Assembly (NCBI GenBank): GCA_964270895.1
Contig: OZ185437.1
Length of the DNA stretch: 64,000 bases
Reading direction: 5' to 3' (one strand)
Source of the DNA: Podarcis filfolensis
Taxonomy: Eukaryota
The translations under genes were made by a program, and so were the position numbers. Shown one piece after another: positions 1 through 13,391 of the stretch (its first letter is position 1; each line of letters opens with the position of its first letter). Under the pieces are notes generated by a model. The model was not told the origin of the DNA. It made no database searches and worked only from the letters and a program-made list of their open reading frames with translations.

Positions 1-56
1 TATATGGTTATAAAAAAAAAATAGTTCCCCAATGTATATTTGGGCTTATGATAGGC

Positions 57-139
57 TAGGGCTGCCAAATGTCTGGAAATTCCTGGACATATCTGGGCCT
101 TTGTCCGGATTTTCACTTTTTTGAAAAATGGCAACCCTG
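57..139. mobile_element. hAT-type MITE (83 bp)
   Basis: Termini TAGGGCTGCCA...TGGCAACCCTG. Perfect 8-bp TSD TGATAGGC at 49-56 and 140-147. Confidence 0.85.
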
Positions 140-3100
140 TGATAGGCCTTCAGTCGAAAAGGTTGAATACTGGTGTTTCAAGGCATCAGTGTGGCTGATT
201 CTGAAATTCCTTTCCTGTGGTTTGAATGCAGTGTACCTATGGATGGTGCAGGAATGGCACACACAAAGTCCATGCTACCTGGGGAACCCAGTGAGAAATG
301 GACATAAATTTCCCTAGGGCTCTCTTCAGTCCCAGCCTTTGGGAATGGATTTTTGGTGACAATCATAATGCTACTGAGATGTGCAATGAAAAATGATCTA
401 TGTTACTGGAACACACATGCATGTTTTAAAGCGTCATCATAAAACTGGAGTCTATCCATTTATTTAATTGTGCAGAGTGGCAAAAAGCCAAGTTTGATAA
501 TTAGATCTTGTTCTGATTATGTCCCATTACTTCTTAGATACAGCCTATGCTGGCCAGGCCTCCAGGTGATGGGCGTTATCAGAACTTCATTGATGGACCC
601 AAAAAATACTTTCAAAATGAATGTACACACTTTCTACCACAAGGTTAGCTGCTGAATTAACATTAAATGTTAGTAGTTCACACTGAAAATGGGAATAAAA
701 GCACATAGCTGTGGGCTGCCCTTGCAGAAGCATTGTTGCTATTTGTTTGGGAGAGATTACCTGGCATATCTCATCATGTACACTTACAGCACTGTGCGTA
801 AATTAAACAATAACAAGCTGAAACATAATCCAGAGTCTATCATCATAAACTCCTGAACGTGTATACGAGTAGATAATTAATCAAGAAGGAAAGAGGGGGG
901 AGGATATAAGAAGCTTAGGCTCTTCCTAGTTTTATTTAGATAAAAAACAGCTGGAGGAAGCTGTTGGTCTGCATTGAATCCCTGCTACACGCACCGAAAT
1001 ACCTGTGTTCACATTGATTGTACTTAGCAATTACCCCATACTCTTTGCATAATGGAGCAGGAAAAGTGTAAAGCAAAGGGCAACTGATAAAGTGTTTTGC
1101 CCAATGCATGATGTGCTTGCAAAAAATGATAAGCCAACTTTTAAAGTTTGGGTTTTTACTAAAAAAAAACCTACTAAAAAAACTTATTTCTTCTTTAAAC
1201 ACTTTAAAAATTGAAAACATATTCTTCAATAGGTTTCTATTGTTATTCCAAAGGCAACCTAGAATTTGCGAAGGACAAGTTGTCCTTACGATTAGCATGA
1301 ATGAGCCAAAGTTAAGCAAATTAAAACACCATTCCTTTCAAATGAAGAACTTTTGCATAGGCTTACCTCCCTTCACTAAAACCAATAGGATTAAATAATT
1401 ATTCATTTTGACTGGATCATGCTAAAAAAAAAAAGTGGTTTAGAGATTGTAAAGCTTTTCACAATCCTGACTATAGCTTTAATCCATCAATCATGAACCA
1501 CCAGAGTTGGGATCTTCAAGCGAAGATCTGAAGAAAGTTCCTGTACTTAGAAACTTCCCCTTGATAGGGACCCTGATAAGAACCCTAACACAAATTGCGC
1601 TCTAAGTACTGAAGGAGGTTGTATTTTAACCACTGGAGATGGAGGGCTTAAAAAAATAAACCAAAACCCAAAGAGCTCTGCTCTTCTAATTGATAAATAT
1701 TTGAGTTGTGTTTTTTTTTTAACTGTGGTACATTTCATCACTGCTGTTTTGATTTTAACTGGCATTGTGAGCTGCCCTGGGGTAGTGTATGAACGCCATA
1801 ATAAAATAAAATATCTGTGTTCTCTACTATAAGGCGTGACTGCAAAAATTTCCTTTTTCTACACCACTACTTGAGGTACAGGAACCTTGTCCATGGTAGT
1901 ATCTGAAGATTTAAACTTTAGCCATGCATCAGAATGGCTGATGTAAAAAAGTTATGCTAAGAGCAGGCACACTGAAAGTAATAGACTTAAGGCCAACGAT
2001 TTCAAAACAGCTACTCTGAGTATGATATGACATTGCCTAATATATTTCAAATATCAGTTTGATTAAAAATGTCATGTTAAGAAACCCTTTTGCATACTGG
2101 GGTGGATGCAGATTAAGTTACTAACACTGGTCCTATTGAAATCAATGTAAAAAGTAGCCGTGACCACAATTTTAAAGTCCCATTGATTTCACTAGGAACT
2201 AAGTGAGTCTAGAGTCAACTCATTTTCACCAAAATTATTCAAGATGGTATGAATAAATGTACCATGGGAATTGGTGAGGTCTTTGCCCTTAGATAATAAA
2301 TAATAAAAGTTGTGTTGTTCAAAATACCATTCTGGATAGAAATCCTTCCAATGTGGCTTACAGTAAAACATAAAACAATAATTAAACATTATTTTCCTAT
2401 AACATAATTCATAGCATTATCTCTATGGCACTCATGAAGAAGTTCTTAAAAGGGTCAACTAATAAACTTGTTATCCCAGAGTTATACCTTCCCACAAAAA
2501 TACCTTAGTCTCTTCCATAGCAATGACTATATAGAGACTTAGTCATGCTTAGAGCAATCACAAGTAAAACCAGTTGAAGTTTAGTCATGTCTAACTTAAA
2601 TCTCATTGATTTCAGTGGGTCTTCTCTAAGAATGACTAAGGTTGCAATCCATTTGAATTCAACAGGATTGCACTATACATCTGGATCCAGCCCTGTAATC
2701 TCATTGAATGACCCATCATTCCACAATCTCTGGTCTACATTGCAAGAATATATATCTCTTGACTCCTGGTAGACAGAGTCAAAGCTGCAGATGTAGGTGT
2801 CAATTCAAAAGTACCTAAGCGCATACCTGAAAGCACATGAGCTACTCTACCGGTGATATTAAACTTTACCAGAATAAGGAAGATTAATTTCAAGCAGGGT
2901 GTATTGGAGTCAGCTGCCAAGACAACAAGTAAATTGCCTGAAGGAGACTGTTGCAAAGCCTACAATTAAGGATTGACTAACAGCCAAATTCTGTGCAAAG
3001 TTTGGTGCACTTAAGACCTTTAATTTCAATGGGTTTAGGCATGCCTAACTCTGAACAATATTGGAATGCAAATGATCTGCAAGTCCATGTAAATCTCAAG

Positions 3101-3859
3101 CTTCCACATTTACCTCTTCCTTGAGGGGAATTTTCACCAGCCTGTTAAAGAGTTATATAACTGAATGTTACTATTTAATATTGGATTGTCTCCTTAGGAA
3201 GACAGAAGCTGCTCTCTCTATGCTTTTAGAAACAAGCACTATACCTTCCCATACATCTTTTCCATTATGTGCATCTGATTATCTGAAGGATATGCATCTT
3301 TGCACTCTGAACTCTAGACAATAAGAAAAGCCAAAAGCATTTTTAAGTACCATTCTTTTGAGAACCTGACAGAAAGCCGGTCCATCAAACCTGGATGCAA
3401 GAAGACTTGACAAGGCATGTGTTATTCTAAGATAAAACATGCCTTGTGGGCGTTGTGAACTATGAGGTGAAGCCAAATGCCTTCAGTGACCTGCAAGTGT
3501 TATCTTATAGTAACACACACATGCCTAGCGGAGCCATACCAAATGAGAAAATAGCCTCAAACTTTCAAAAATTAAATGACTTTTATTAATCAGCTAAACA
3601 AAAGGAATAAGGGGCATAATAATTACATGGCCAGGAAAGAGCAAATAGCTCGTGAAATGCTTCATTCAAGGATTATTGAAGAGGATAATAGGGAGGTCAC
3701 AGGTGAGCAGAATGAAATGTCAGGTGTGTTTTTCATGCTATCCTAGCATAAAAATTCTCCCCAAAGGTCCATCATTAAATCATAAGAGAAATGGCAAGAT
3801 GGATAGATTAGAATAAATTTTAATTTGTCCATTTAAATGTTCTTTTACCGAATCAAATT

Positions 3860-3863
<4 letters not shown>

Positions 3864-3921
<58 letters not shown>

Positions 3922-3940
3922 TCTCACACACACACACACA
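3864..3940. repeat. Compound microsatellite (TC)n(CA)n
   Basis: Direct read. (TTCA)n follows at ~4007-4028. Confidence 0.97.
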
Positions 3941-6570
3941 TTCATTCACACTTTAGTTTTGCCAGGTTTCATTCTTGAAGGACCCAAGCTAAGGCTACAG
4001 TGATTTTATTCATTCATTCATTCATTCAATTTATTAGATCTGTATTCCATGTAACTCATTATTTGTTCCTCTTCTGACAGCAATCTCAAGGTGGATTCAA
4101 ATTTTACGTTATGAAGGACTGCAGATGATGTAAGACTTGGGTAACATTCTGAATCTCTGCTAATAACGTCCTAAGCACAGACACATACATCTCCACTGAT
4201 GGTGAAATTTATGTCCCCAAGATGTCTTAGTAAAACACAGATCTTAACATGAGTGAGCTTTATGGTGGTGTTCACCTTTTTGATCATGTAATATGGCAAC
4301 ATATTGAGGGTGGAGGAACTAATTTACTCCAAGGAAAACCAAATAATTTTTTGCCCTTTCAACAATTAATGTTTTTCTGGCTCTTGGCTGCGTTGGTTTG
4401 TCTGTTATTCTTTTTCAAAAGCAAGTGAAGTCCACAATACGGATGACTGCATTTCCAGTGTACTGTGACTAGTGCCTTATATAATAATAACATCACTTCC
4501 AAAGCTTTGGTTCTCATTGTTTACCCTACCAATGCAATCTAACATCTGATTTGCTTTCAGCATCGCAGCTGTATTTTAATCCAAGTGCTTTAGGGAGTTT
4601 TCTACAAACAAATCCCAAATCTCTCTCCCATTTAATAATCCCTATTCCACTCTGGCAAATACCACCCCCCCTCCATGTGTGCTGATTAGTGAGGTATCTG
4701 GGTGCAAATAATGGTTTATTCTGTTTCAGTCTCTTCATCGTTTCTACTGATTCATTTGCAACCATGCCACAGGCCATTGTCTACAGCATCACAATTCCTT
4801 ACAAGTGACTGAATTATGATGTCACAAACAACTGTGGTATCTCCGAGACATGCAGTCCTGAAGGAAAGAATAAAAGAACGCAAAAAATGAATGATGACCC
4901 TTTGTTATCGGTTCATGTACTTATTACCAAGGACTATCCTAAATAGTAGTTTTGGGGTTATAGATTTTCACAACAGAAAAATGAGATATTCAGGATGACT
5001 ATATAAATCTTTGATATGACCATATCCGTATCTGTTATGACTGTCATTATACAGAAGAACAAACAAAAGGTTGTTGATACACAGCTTGAGTAATGAAGCT
5101 TTACACTGTGCCGGACAGTTGGTTCACTTGCCCTCTGTTCTTCTTCAGTAACTTAGATCTTTCTCAGCCCTGCAACTTAAGATCACCCCCGCCCCCTTTT
5201 GTTAATGGAAGGTGCATGGGACTGGACCTGAGTCTTCTATGTGCAAAACTTGTGCTCTCTACCACTGAACCATGCTATCTGCAAACATTAAACAGCATAA
5301 ATATGCTGAAGTAGGAGGACTAAACTTGAAGTGTGTCTAACCCTTGAAGTGTGTCTAACTATGAATTTTCCTCTGCTTCCCTGGCTCTTGCCCACCAAAG
5401 CAGCAAAGAGCTAATGGACATTATTAGAGCACATACTTAGGCTGCTGAAGACTTGGGAGACACAAAGCTAGAGAATGGTAGGCTTTTGCCAAGTTTCCTG
5501 GTGCCTACTCCCCAAACCTAGTGGTTACAAAGCACTGTCAGAGCAACTCCTCAGGCTCAATGCTATGGAGGAGTGAGTGGTATCCATGTTTGTGTGTGGG
5601 TGGTAGAGGAATGGAGCTTTTAGAAAGCTCCTGTGGCTTTTTGATAGCTCCCACTTTGTCATCATTTGCCCACATAAGCACTGAGGATACATCACAGAGC
5701 CCTTTGTCTTCATGCAAAAACACCAGGAAGCGGAGCCCTGATCAGAACAAAGTGTGGGGACATGATGTGGACTGTACATGCTATTTGTGGTACCATTTGG
5801 ATACAAAGCACACACACAAATTCAGCTGGTGCACACATAGCCTAAGAATACAAATGGCTTTTAGGAAGTCTAAAACATCAATGACAACATGTGGAGCAGA
5901 AATTAAGAAACAGGGGGGGAAATTCAGAGCTGTAAACCAATTCCCTTCCATAGTCAGTTGGAAATTACACAGCCTTCAGTACTGGCTTAAAGAAAGCGGC
6001 TGCTGGCAACAGCGTGCTGCTTCTTTTCCCATTACCAGGGCTCTTATAGTTCTCCCAGATCAATAGAACCGCTATGTATCTTAATAAATCTGAGTAACAC
6101 AGCCACTCTCATAAAGTTGACCTCCATCTTGCATTTCTGCAAGCATGCTAAACTGAAAAAGTATGGAGGGTTTCCCCCCTTTTTTGGGGGGGTCTGAAAC
6201 AGTGAGATTAAGCTATTTGAGGCCATGGGGGAAAATAAGCCAGAAAAGGCAGCTACATGTTTTGATACAGGTTTTCCATGGATCCTCCTAAGCCTGAGAA
6301 CATGTTTTGTTTTCATAGCTTATCATCTCTCTTACTTTACAGTTTGTTAACGTGAAAGGCTTTGAAGTATGAAGTATGATTAACATCCTTTGGAAAAAAC
6401 TGCTTGGTATCCCAGTCCTAAAGACATGCACAGCTCCAATGACACAAAAATGGCCAAACCTGAGGCCATGAGCCACACTGAGTTACTTGTCTCAGGCAGA
6501 GAGGGGAATGCATGTCTCCCCCATGTAAGCCCTACCCACCCCCAGCTGCCAGGATGAGTCCACCCCCTTG

Positions 6571-8742
6571 CTGATTCCCTGGTGGCCCGCTGGAATGCGG
6601 AGTTAACCAGGGCTATCGACTGTCTGGCTCCGAAGCGCCCTCTCCGATTGCATGGAGCCCGGACAGCCCCGTGGTTTTCTTCGGAGCTGAGGGCGATGAA
6701 ACAATCGCTGAGACGGCTAGAGCGTCGGTGGCAAAAAACTCACTCCGAATCTGACTGGACACAGGTTAGAGCTCAACTTCGAGCCTACCAAGTGGCGATA
6801 GCGACGGCGAAGAAGACTTTCTTCACCGCCTCTATTGCATCTGCAGAAAATAGTAGCAGGAGACTCTTTCAGGTGGTTCGCAATTTAACGGAACCACCTT
6901 TACCACCGGGGCCTTGTAAAGACCCCAAGATCTCCTGCAACGATTTTGCAAAGTTTTTTGCAGATAAAATCACTCATATTCGGAAGGAGCTTTAATACCA
7001 CCGTGGGAGCAGGGCTGGGGCGGGAGAGTGCTAGAGCTCTGTCTGGTCAAGTTGCATGGAATCAATTTCAATCCGTTACCCCCGAGGATGTGGACAGGCT
7101 GCTTGGACGCGTGAAACCAACCACCTGTCTCCTTGATCCTTGCCCATCCTGGCTAATAAAAGCAAGCCGGGAAGGGCTGGGCGATGGGCTCTGCGGGGTG
7201 GTGAATGCTTCCCTCTGTGAGGGAACATTCCCAGATCCGCTGAAAGAGGCGGTCATTAAACCGCTTCTTAAAAAACCATCTTTAGACCCGGCCAGTATGG
7301 CCAACTATCGCCCAGTCTCAAATCTTCCATTCTTGGGCAAGGTGATTGAGCGCGTGGTTGCTGAACAACTCCAGGCACGCCTGGAGGATGCGGACCATTT
7401 GGATCCCTTCCAATCAGGATTCAGGCCTCATCATGGGACTGAAACTGCCTTGGTCGCGCTGGTTGATGATCTCCGGCGAGCTAGGGACAAAGGTGAGAGT
7501 TGTTTCCTAGTTCTGCTGGATCTCTCAGCGGCCTTTGATACAATCGACCATAACATCCTTCTGGACCGTCTAGAGTGGCTGGGAGCTGGGGGCACTGTTA
7601 TGCAGTGGTTTTGCTCCTTCCTCCTGGGCCGTGTTCAGAAAGTGGTGGTGGGGGATGAGTGCTCAGACCCCTGGGCCCTCACTGGTGGGGTGCCTCAGGG
7701 TTCCGTCCTCTCCCCCATGCTTTTTAACATCTATATGAAGCCACTGGGAGAGATCATCAGAGGGTTTGGACTGGGTGTCCATCAATATGCAGATGATACC
7801 CAGCTCTACCTCTCTTTCAAATCAGAACCAGTGAAGGCGGTGAAGGTCCTGTGTGAGTGCCTGGAGGCAGTTGGAGGATGGATGGCGGCTAATGGATTGA
7901 GGTTGAATCCTGACAAGACAGAAGTACTGTTTTTGGGGGATAGGGGGCGGGCTGGTGTGGAGGACTCCCTGGTCCTGAATAGGGTAACTGTGCCCCTGAA
8001 GGACCAGGTGCGCAGCCTGGGAGTCATTTTGGACTCACAGCTGTCCATGGAGGCGCAGGTCAATTCTGTGTCCAGGGCAGCTGTCTACCAACTCCACCTG
8101 GTACGCAGGCTGAGACCCTACCTGCCCGCGGACTGTCTCGCCAGAGTGGTGCATGCTCTGGTTATCTCCCGCTTGGACTACTGCAATGCGCTCTACGTGG
8201 GGCTACCTTTGAAGGTGACTCGGAAACTACAACTAATCCAGAATGCGGCAGCTAGACTGGTGACTGGGGGCAGCCGCCGAGACCACATAACACCGGTCTT
8301 GAAAGACCTACATTGGCTCCCAGTACGTTTCCGAGCACAATTCAAAGTGCTGGTGTTGACCTTTAAAGCCCTAAACGGCCTCGGCCCAGTATACCTGAAG
8401 GAGCGTCTCCACCCCCATCGTTCTGCCCGGATGCTGAGGTCCAGCGCCGAGGGCCTTCTGGCGGTTCCCTCATTGCGAGAAGCAAAGCTACAGGGAACCA
8501 GGCAGAGGGCCTTCTCGGTAGTGGCGCCTGCCCTGTGGAACGCCCTCCCATCGGATGTCAAAGCGATAAATAACTACCTGACATTCAGAAGACATCTTAA
8601 GGCAGCCCTGTTCAGGGAAGTTTTTAATCTGTGATATCTTAGTGTATTTTTGGTTTTCTATGGAAGCCGCCCAGAGTGGCTGGGGAAACCCAGCCAGATG
8701 GGCGGGGTACAAATAATAAATTATTATATTATTATTATTATT
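6571..8742 (+). mobile_element. Young 5'-truncated L2-clade LINE (RT and C-terminal part of ORF2, 3' UTR, (ATT)n tail)
   Basis: ORFs 6582-6995 and 6946-8634 carry L2-type RT motifs: LDPCPSWL, NYRPVSNLPFLGKVIER, QSGFRPHHGTETAL, LDLSAAFDTIDH, GVPQGSVLSP, QYADDTQLY, RLDYCN. 3' UTR ends ...GATGGGCGGGGTACAAATAATAAA followed by ATT repeats. CpGs are well preserved. No endonuclease domain and no clear TSD. 5' boundary approximate. Confidence 0.93.
6573..8634 (+). pseudogene. L2 ORF2 reverse transcriptase, open except for one +1 frameshift
   Basis: GAG CTT TAA at ~6988-6995. Removing one T from the run at 6991-6993 joins the two ORFs (...KITHIRKEL-NTTVGAG...) into one frame of about 680 codons. Confidence 0.85.
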
Positions 8743-8951
8743 GCCAGCCACTACCATGCCACTGTGGTTAAGCCTGCAGTTGGCTTTTCTGCGGTGCCTG
8801 CACCAAGTAGCGACTTGTGGCATTGTGTGGTGCAGTGACAACAGTTTCTGTCTCGTCTCAGATGGCAAAATGTCTTGGGGTCCACCCTGGCCAAACCCAT
8901 CTGGCCATGCTGTCATTTTCATTTGCACTATTGAAAGCTGTTTCATGCTAC

Positions 8952-9178
8952 TTTAAACAGTCATGGCTTTCCTAAAGAATCCTGGGGACTGCAGTTTTTT
9001 ATGGGTACTGAGAGTTGTTAGTAGACACTGCACTTCCCAGACAGATTTAACAATCAATCCCTGTTCCCAGGGAACTTGGGGAATCATAGCGCTGCGAAAG
9101 GACTAGGGTTCTCCTTACAACTCTCAGCACCCTTAACAAACTACAGTTCCCAGGATACTTTGGTGGAAGCAAGGACTA
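8952..9178. mobile_element. Palindromic MITE interrupted at its right end by a Sauria SINE
   Basis: Left arm TTTAAACAGTCATGGCTTTCCTAAAGAATCCTGGG...GGGTACTGAGAGTTGT is the inverted counterpart of ACAACTCTCAGCACCC...CCCAGGATACTTTGGTGGAAGCAAGGACT. The remainder (ACTGCCTTAAA) resumes at 9565. Confidence 0.65.
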
Positions 9179-9564
9179 AGTGGCATGGCGCTGTTGTCTA
9201 AACCACTGAGCCTCTTGGGGTTGCTGATCAGGATGGTAGCAGTTCAAATCTATGCAACGGGGTGAGCTCCCGTTGCTCTGTCCCAGCTCCTGCCAACCTA
9301 GCAGTTTGAAAGCACGTCTGTGCAAGTAGATAAATAGGTACCGCTGTGGTGGGAAGGTAAACGGCATTTCCGTGCGCTCTGGTTTCCGTCACAGTGTTCT
9401 GTTGCACCATAAGAGGTTTAGTCCTGCTGGCCACATGACCCGGAAAGCTGTCTGCGGACAAATGCCAGCTCCCTCAGCCTGAAAAGCAAGATGAGCGCCG
9501 CACCCCATAGTAGCCTATGACTGGACTTAACCATCCAGGGGTAATTTACTTTTACCCTTTTTTT
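9179..9564 (+). mobile_element. Sauria SINE
   Basis: tRNA-like head (GGCGCTGT..TAAACCACTGAGCC...GGTAGCAGTTCAAATC), diagnostic core GGGGTGAGCTCCCGTTGC...CTGCCAACCTAGCAGTTTGAAAGCA...GCAAGTAGATAAATAGGTACC, and TTTACC tail. Confidence 0.88.
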
Positions 9565-11907
9565 ACTGCCTTAAATGTATAATGCAGATGCAGCATCAGT
9601 CTCATTATGATAGGCCACTCCTACAGGTGGAAATTTATTTGACACCAACATGGGATGGCACAAACATAAGCTTGTTTTCGCTGAAGAGGTCCATATGGAA
9701 AACCTATGTTTTAGCAAGCTTTTTGTTTCTCTAGGGCTTATTACACCTATAAGCCCTCAAGCACCCTGCCTGCTGATGTGACTTAGCTCCCTCCTTTCCC
9801 CCCCTTTTCTTTGCTTGCCTTGTAAGTGAAGAGCTGAACTCTAGCTCTTTATTTAATCTTATTTACACCTAGGGAAGGCTCAAACATTTGTCTTAATAAC
9901 TCTGCCCCCTGTTTGAGAACCCCTGCATAAAAGTAAATATGCAACACGCTGAGATGAAGAGGATTGAAGTGAGAGCGGCCACATCAAATGTTTTCCATCA
10001 TCGTTGACTTTGCTTCTTGAGCCTATCACAAGAAGCAGGTTTTAACTAGAGCACCCCCTGAAAACTGGACACTTTTGCTGCTCAGACTCCTCTGTATAAT
10101 GAATGTTATTGGAAGTGTCAGCTACGAGAATACATCGTGCAGTTAATTACTGTATTCATTGACCTTTTGACTTCTCTTAGAAGAATACAGATCAAACTGT
10201 AAGTTAAATGAGCTGGGCTGAACTTTAAAGGGATATCTTTCTTTCAGCAGCATCCATGTTGCACTGCAGAAGTACCACATATTGTTTGAATAAGAATCTC
10301 TTCTTTTTTCCTCTGCCTCTCCCCCACTCCCCAAATCAAGCAATCTTTTTCAGATGAAGCTCAAGGCTGAAAAGGCATGAAAGGCAAATTACTCCTTTCA
10401 TCCACCAGAGGATGGTCTCTGTAGATCAAAATATCAGCCGAGCACCGTGGTGGAATTCTATAGTTGCCAAAGATTACATTATGCATGGGCTGTAAATTAA
10501 TGGACTTTGGTTTTAAATACTCACTCGCTTATCATTCACAGAAAATTAAACTCACTCCAAGAAGGAGAGAGGCATACGAGATACGTTCTTTCTTCTGCCT
10601 GAGAATATTTGACAGCTCCACTGATTTAATGACACCCGGCCTGTCATTTCCCATAACTACTGTCACTGCCGCAGCTGCTGCTATCACCTGCATCTTACAT
10701 AATGCACTGATCACACTGTTAATGAAACCATATGGATGCACTAGGCTTCAGGTGACACATAACTACATGGGAAGATTTCCAGTTCCTTCACTCCTGGGAT
10801 ACTGTCACCTAGACATGCCTTTAGCTTCTCAAAATCAGTAGAATTCTAGCCGTATTATTTATTTATTTTTTGAATAGCTAATAAGAGTGGCCTTGATGGA
10901 TCAGACCAAAGACCTGGCTAGTTCAGCTGCCTATTTCCTACCGTGGCCAACCAGATATGAAACTGCTGGCACATTTGCATAGTTGTTCCCCAGCAACTGA
11001 TTTTCAGATAAGTTACTTCTGATCCTGGACGATGAAGCAGCTTTACTTGAGGCTTGTGGTTGCATATTGCCAAGACATTTATGGGGTGGGAGGAATCCTG
11101 ATGTTGATTTGGGACAAATGCTGCGTGGGTACATGATTGCTTCCCACCTGCACAACCAGCACTTTTGTAAACAGACAACACAAAAACACCACAAGTTTTC
11201 AGTATTCTATCTCCTCCTTTTATGAGGCCTTTTTTTGATACTCACAACAAAACTTCAGAACTCTCTCCTGAGACAGATGAATGTTACCCTGTCTGAGTGT
11301 CGATCTTTTGTTCTAATGTCTCTCAACAAGGACTACAAGTAAGCTTGCCAACCCTGGTTTAAGCTGATACTGGCTTATGTTGGTGCTGTTATATTTGCTG
11401 CTGCTTTTTTTTTGGAATATGTATTTCTCTCATGTTTTTGTGCTGTTTTAACTGATTTTTTTAATTGTTAACTGAATTTCATTGTTTTTATTATTGTATG
11501 CAAATAAGCAAACATCTGCCCTGGAAATGGCTACCACTTGGTAAACTGAGAAGCATTCGCCGGTATTTGTTAGCCTAGCTTGCATCTTCCTGAGTAGAGG
11601 TGGTGGTGGGGCTTTCAAAAACAAAGCTGCATGGGTGGCAACTATAAGAGTTAAGAAAATGAAACTGCAAGAGATTGGCAAATAATATCACCTGGCTCTG
11701 CAATGCTATGGGTGGCATTACAATCTATCCAAGTTCTTGCAATAGTCCAAAAATGAAGACAAAGCCCTGCCTGAATCCCACTGTACAAAATGTTCTTTTA
11801 TCAATGTTCTTTTATAAAGAAGAGTTTCACATCCTCACCTCAGGCCAGTTTGCAAAGCTTACTAAGTTTACTGCTGGCATGTATTTTCATTTTCTTTTAT
11901 GAGCCAC

Positions 11908-11908
<1 letters not shown>

Positions 11909-11953
<45 letters not shown>
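11909..11953. repeat. (AG)n microsatellite
   Basis: Direct read. Confidence 0.97.
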
Positions 11954-11961
<8 letters not shown>

Positions 11962-13218
11962 GATGATGCTAAAATCTGATGTCCATGTGCATCACCCTAT
12001 CCTCTAGTGGCCCAGCATATAACACTCCATTCAATATAGTTGTAGTATTACCATAAATAGAGGATGACAAATATTTGGAGTAAAACTATCTAATATGAAA
12101 GCCCAATATGTACATATTTTATTTCACTTTTGCAAAAGTCGGCCTGAGTGCACAAAGGAGCACTGCATCCCTCCCAACAAACAGATTCTTTCCTTCATCT
12201 GACATGTTCTTATCACCCTGCACCCCCAGTTTGATTCCCCCTCCCCAATAAGCAATTCTTTATGCACATAAAGAACACACACACACACAGCGGAGTACCT
12301 GTAACTGCATAACTTTTAAGTCAAGACACTCCTGAAACCAGATTAGGAGCCACAGTCAATTTGTTCTCCAGGTATGAATTAAAAATTCATTAGCACAGCA
12401 CTGATTAATGCTTCCCCCCAGCTATTTAAGACGGCATGGCTTCCCTGCAACTCTCTTCAAATTTAGCATCTTATTAAGTGAAGTCTCTGAGAGGTATCCT
12501 GTCAGCGAGAAAGTCCTTGACACATCAAGAGCTGTAGCATCCCAGAAAGCAGCTGACAGAACCTTGGGAACAGGGAGATTTTTAATTTACAGCTACCTTA
12601 CCTTGGGTAGACTTGGTACTTCCTCTGAGAAATTGAAACAAATACTTTATTAAACTCAAGTTTTAGTCTTTGAAGTTGGATTTCATTTTGCAAGGCTTAG
12701 GAGCCATGATTAAGATAGGTCTTTAAAATTCCCTGTGTTTGAATGTGTATGTGTGTGTGTGTGTGAAACCTATGGCCTTATAGATGCTTCTAGGTTACAG
12801 ATCCTGATCATCCATGATTATAAAATCAACAAAAGACTGATTTTAGTTATGATCATAGCAGGCTAGACTGCTCTCTTCCTAACTTAGTCAGTTGACATTA
12901 GAGGTAAAGAGCACAATACAGCCACTAGGCTGCCCATTGTTGAGTTTACTCTGTCAAGTCAAAATGTAACAGTAGCTGGGTTCAGGGTCAGGGTCAAAAC
13001 TTCAGGGGGCTATTGGCATGGATCTCCCAATACCTACCTAGGCTTTGGAATTTCATTTTGGGTAAATTAAGAAGACAGGCAACCACTGTGGATGGCAGCC
13101 AAGCTTGGCTCCCTTTCAAAAGTGGCACCACTACCTGCTAAAATGACTAGACTGGGGGAGTCTAGTGAGGAAGGTGGTAAAAGGCACCACATTTGGGTCA
13201 GGCCAGTGAGCTGATGGG

Positions 13219-13391
13219 CAGTGGTGGAGCTGCATGCTCCGGCATCGGGAGCGGAGAACAAGTGGGCGAGTGGTCGGCGCGTGTCCCAGGAGGTGTGGTG
13301 CACCGCCTGCGGGGGCAGCCGCGATGGCACCCCACCCGGGATGGTACCCAGAGCGGACCACTCTCCCCGCCCCCACCTTCCTATGCCAGTG
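13219..13391. mobile_element. GC/CpG-rich non-autonomous DNA transposon (hAT-like, CAGTGG...CCAGTG ends)
   Basis: Imperfect TIR CAGTGGTGGAG / CTATGCCAGTG. Abrupt GC-rich patch. No TSD resolved. Confidence 0.5.

Noticed and set aside
936-1398. Overlapping ORFs with a Cys/His-containing stretch (CPLLYTFPAPLCKE...CEHRYFGACS)
   Set aside because: No match to parkin exons 10-12 or any family I recognise, and no convincing splice sites. More likely non-coding.
5325-5359. 18-bp tandem duplication CTTGAAGTGTGTCTAAC(C); similar small duplications at ~13392, ~31720, ~38890 and ~47590
   Set aside because: Ordinary slippage duplications without further structure.
5521-6066. 181-aa ORF on the plus strand
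   Set aside because: GTG start, no recognisable domain, composition typical of random intron translation.
9179-9270. tRNA-like A/B box sequences in SINE heads
   Set aside because: Parts of Sauria/Squam SINEs, with no complete cloverleaf. No genuine tRNA, rRNA or snRNA gene was seen in the window.
12978-13010. GGGTTCAGGGTCAGGGTCA, telomere-variant-like repeats
   Set aside because: Only about three degenerate units, too short to call an interstitial telomeric sequence.
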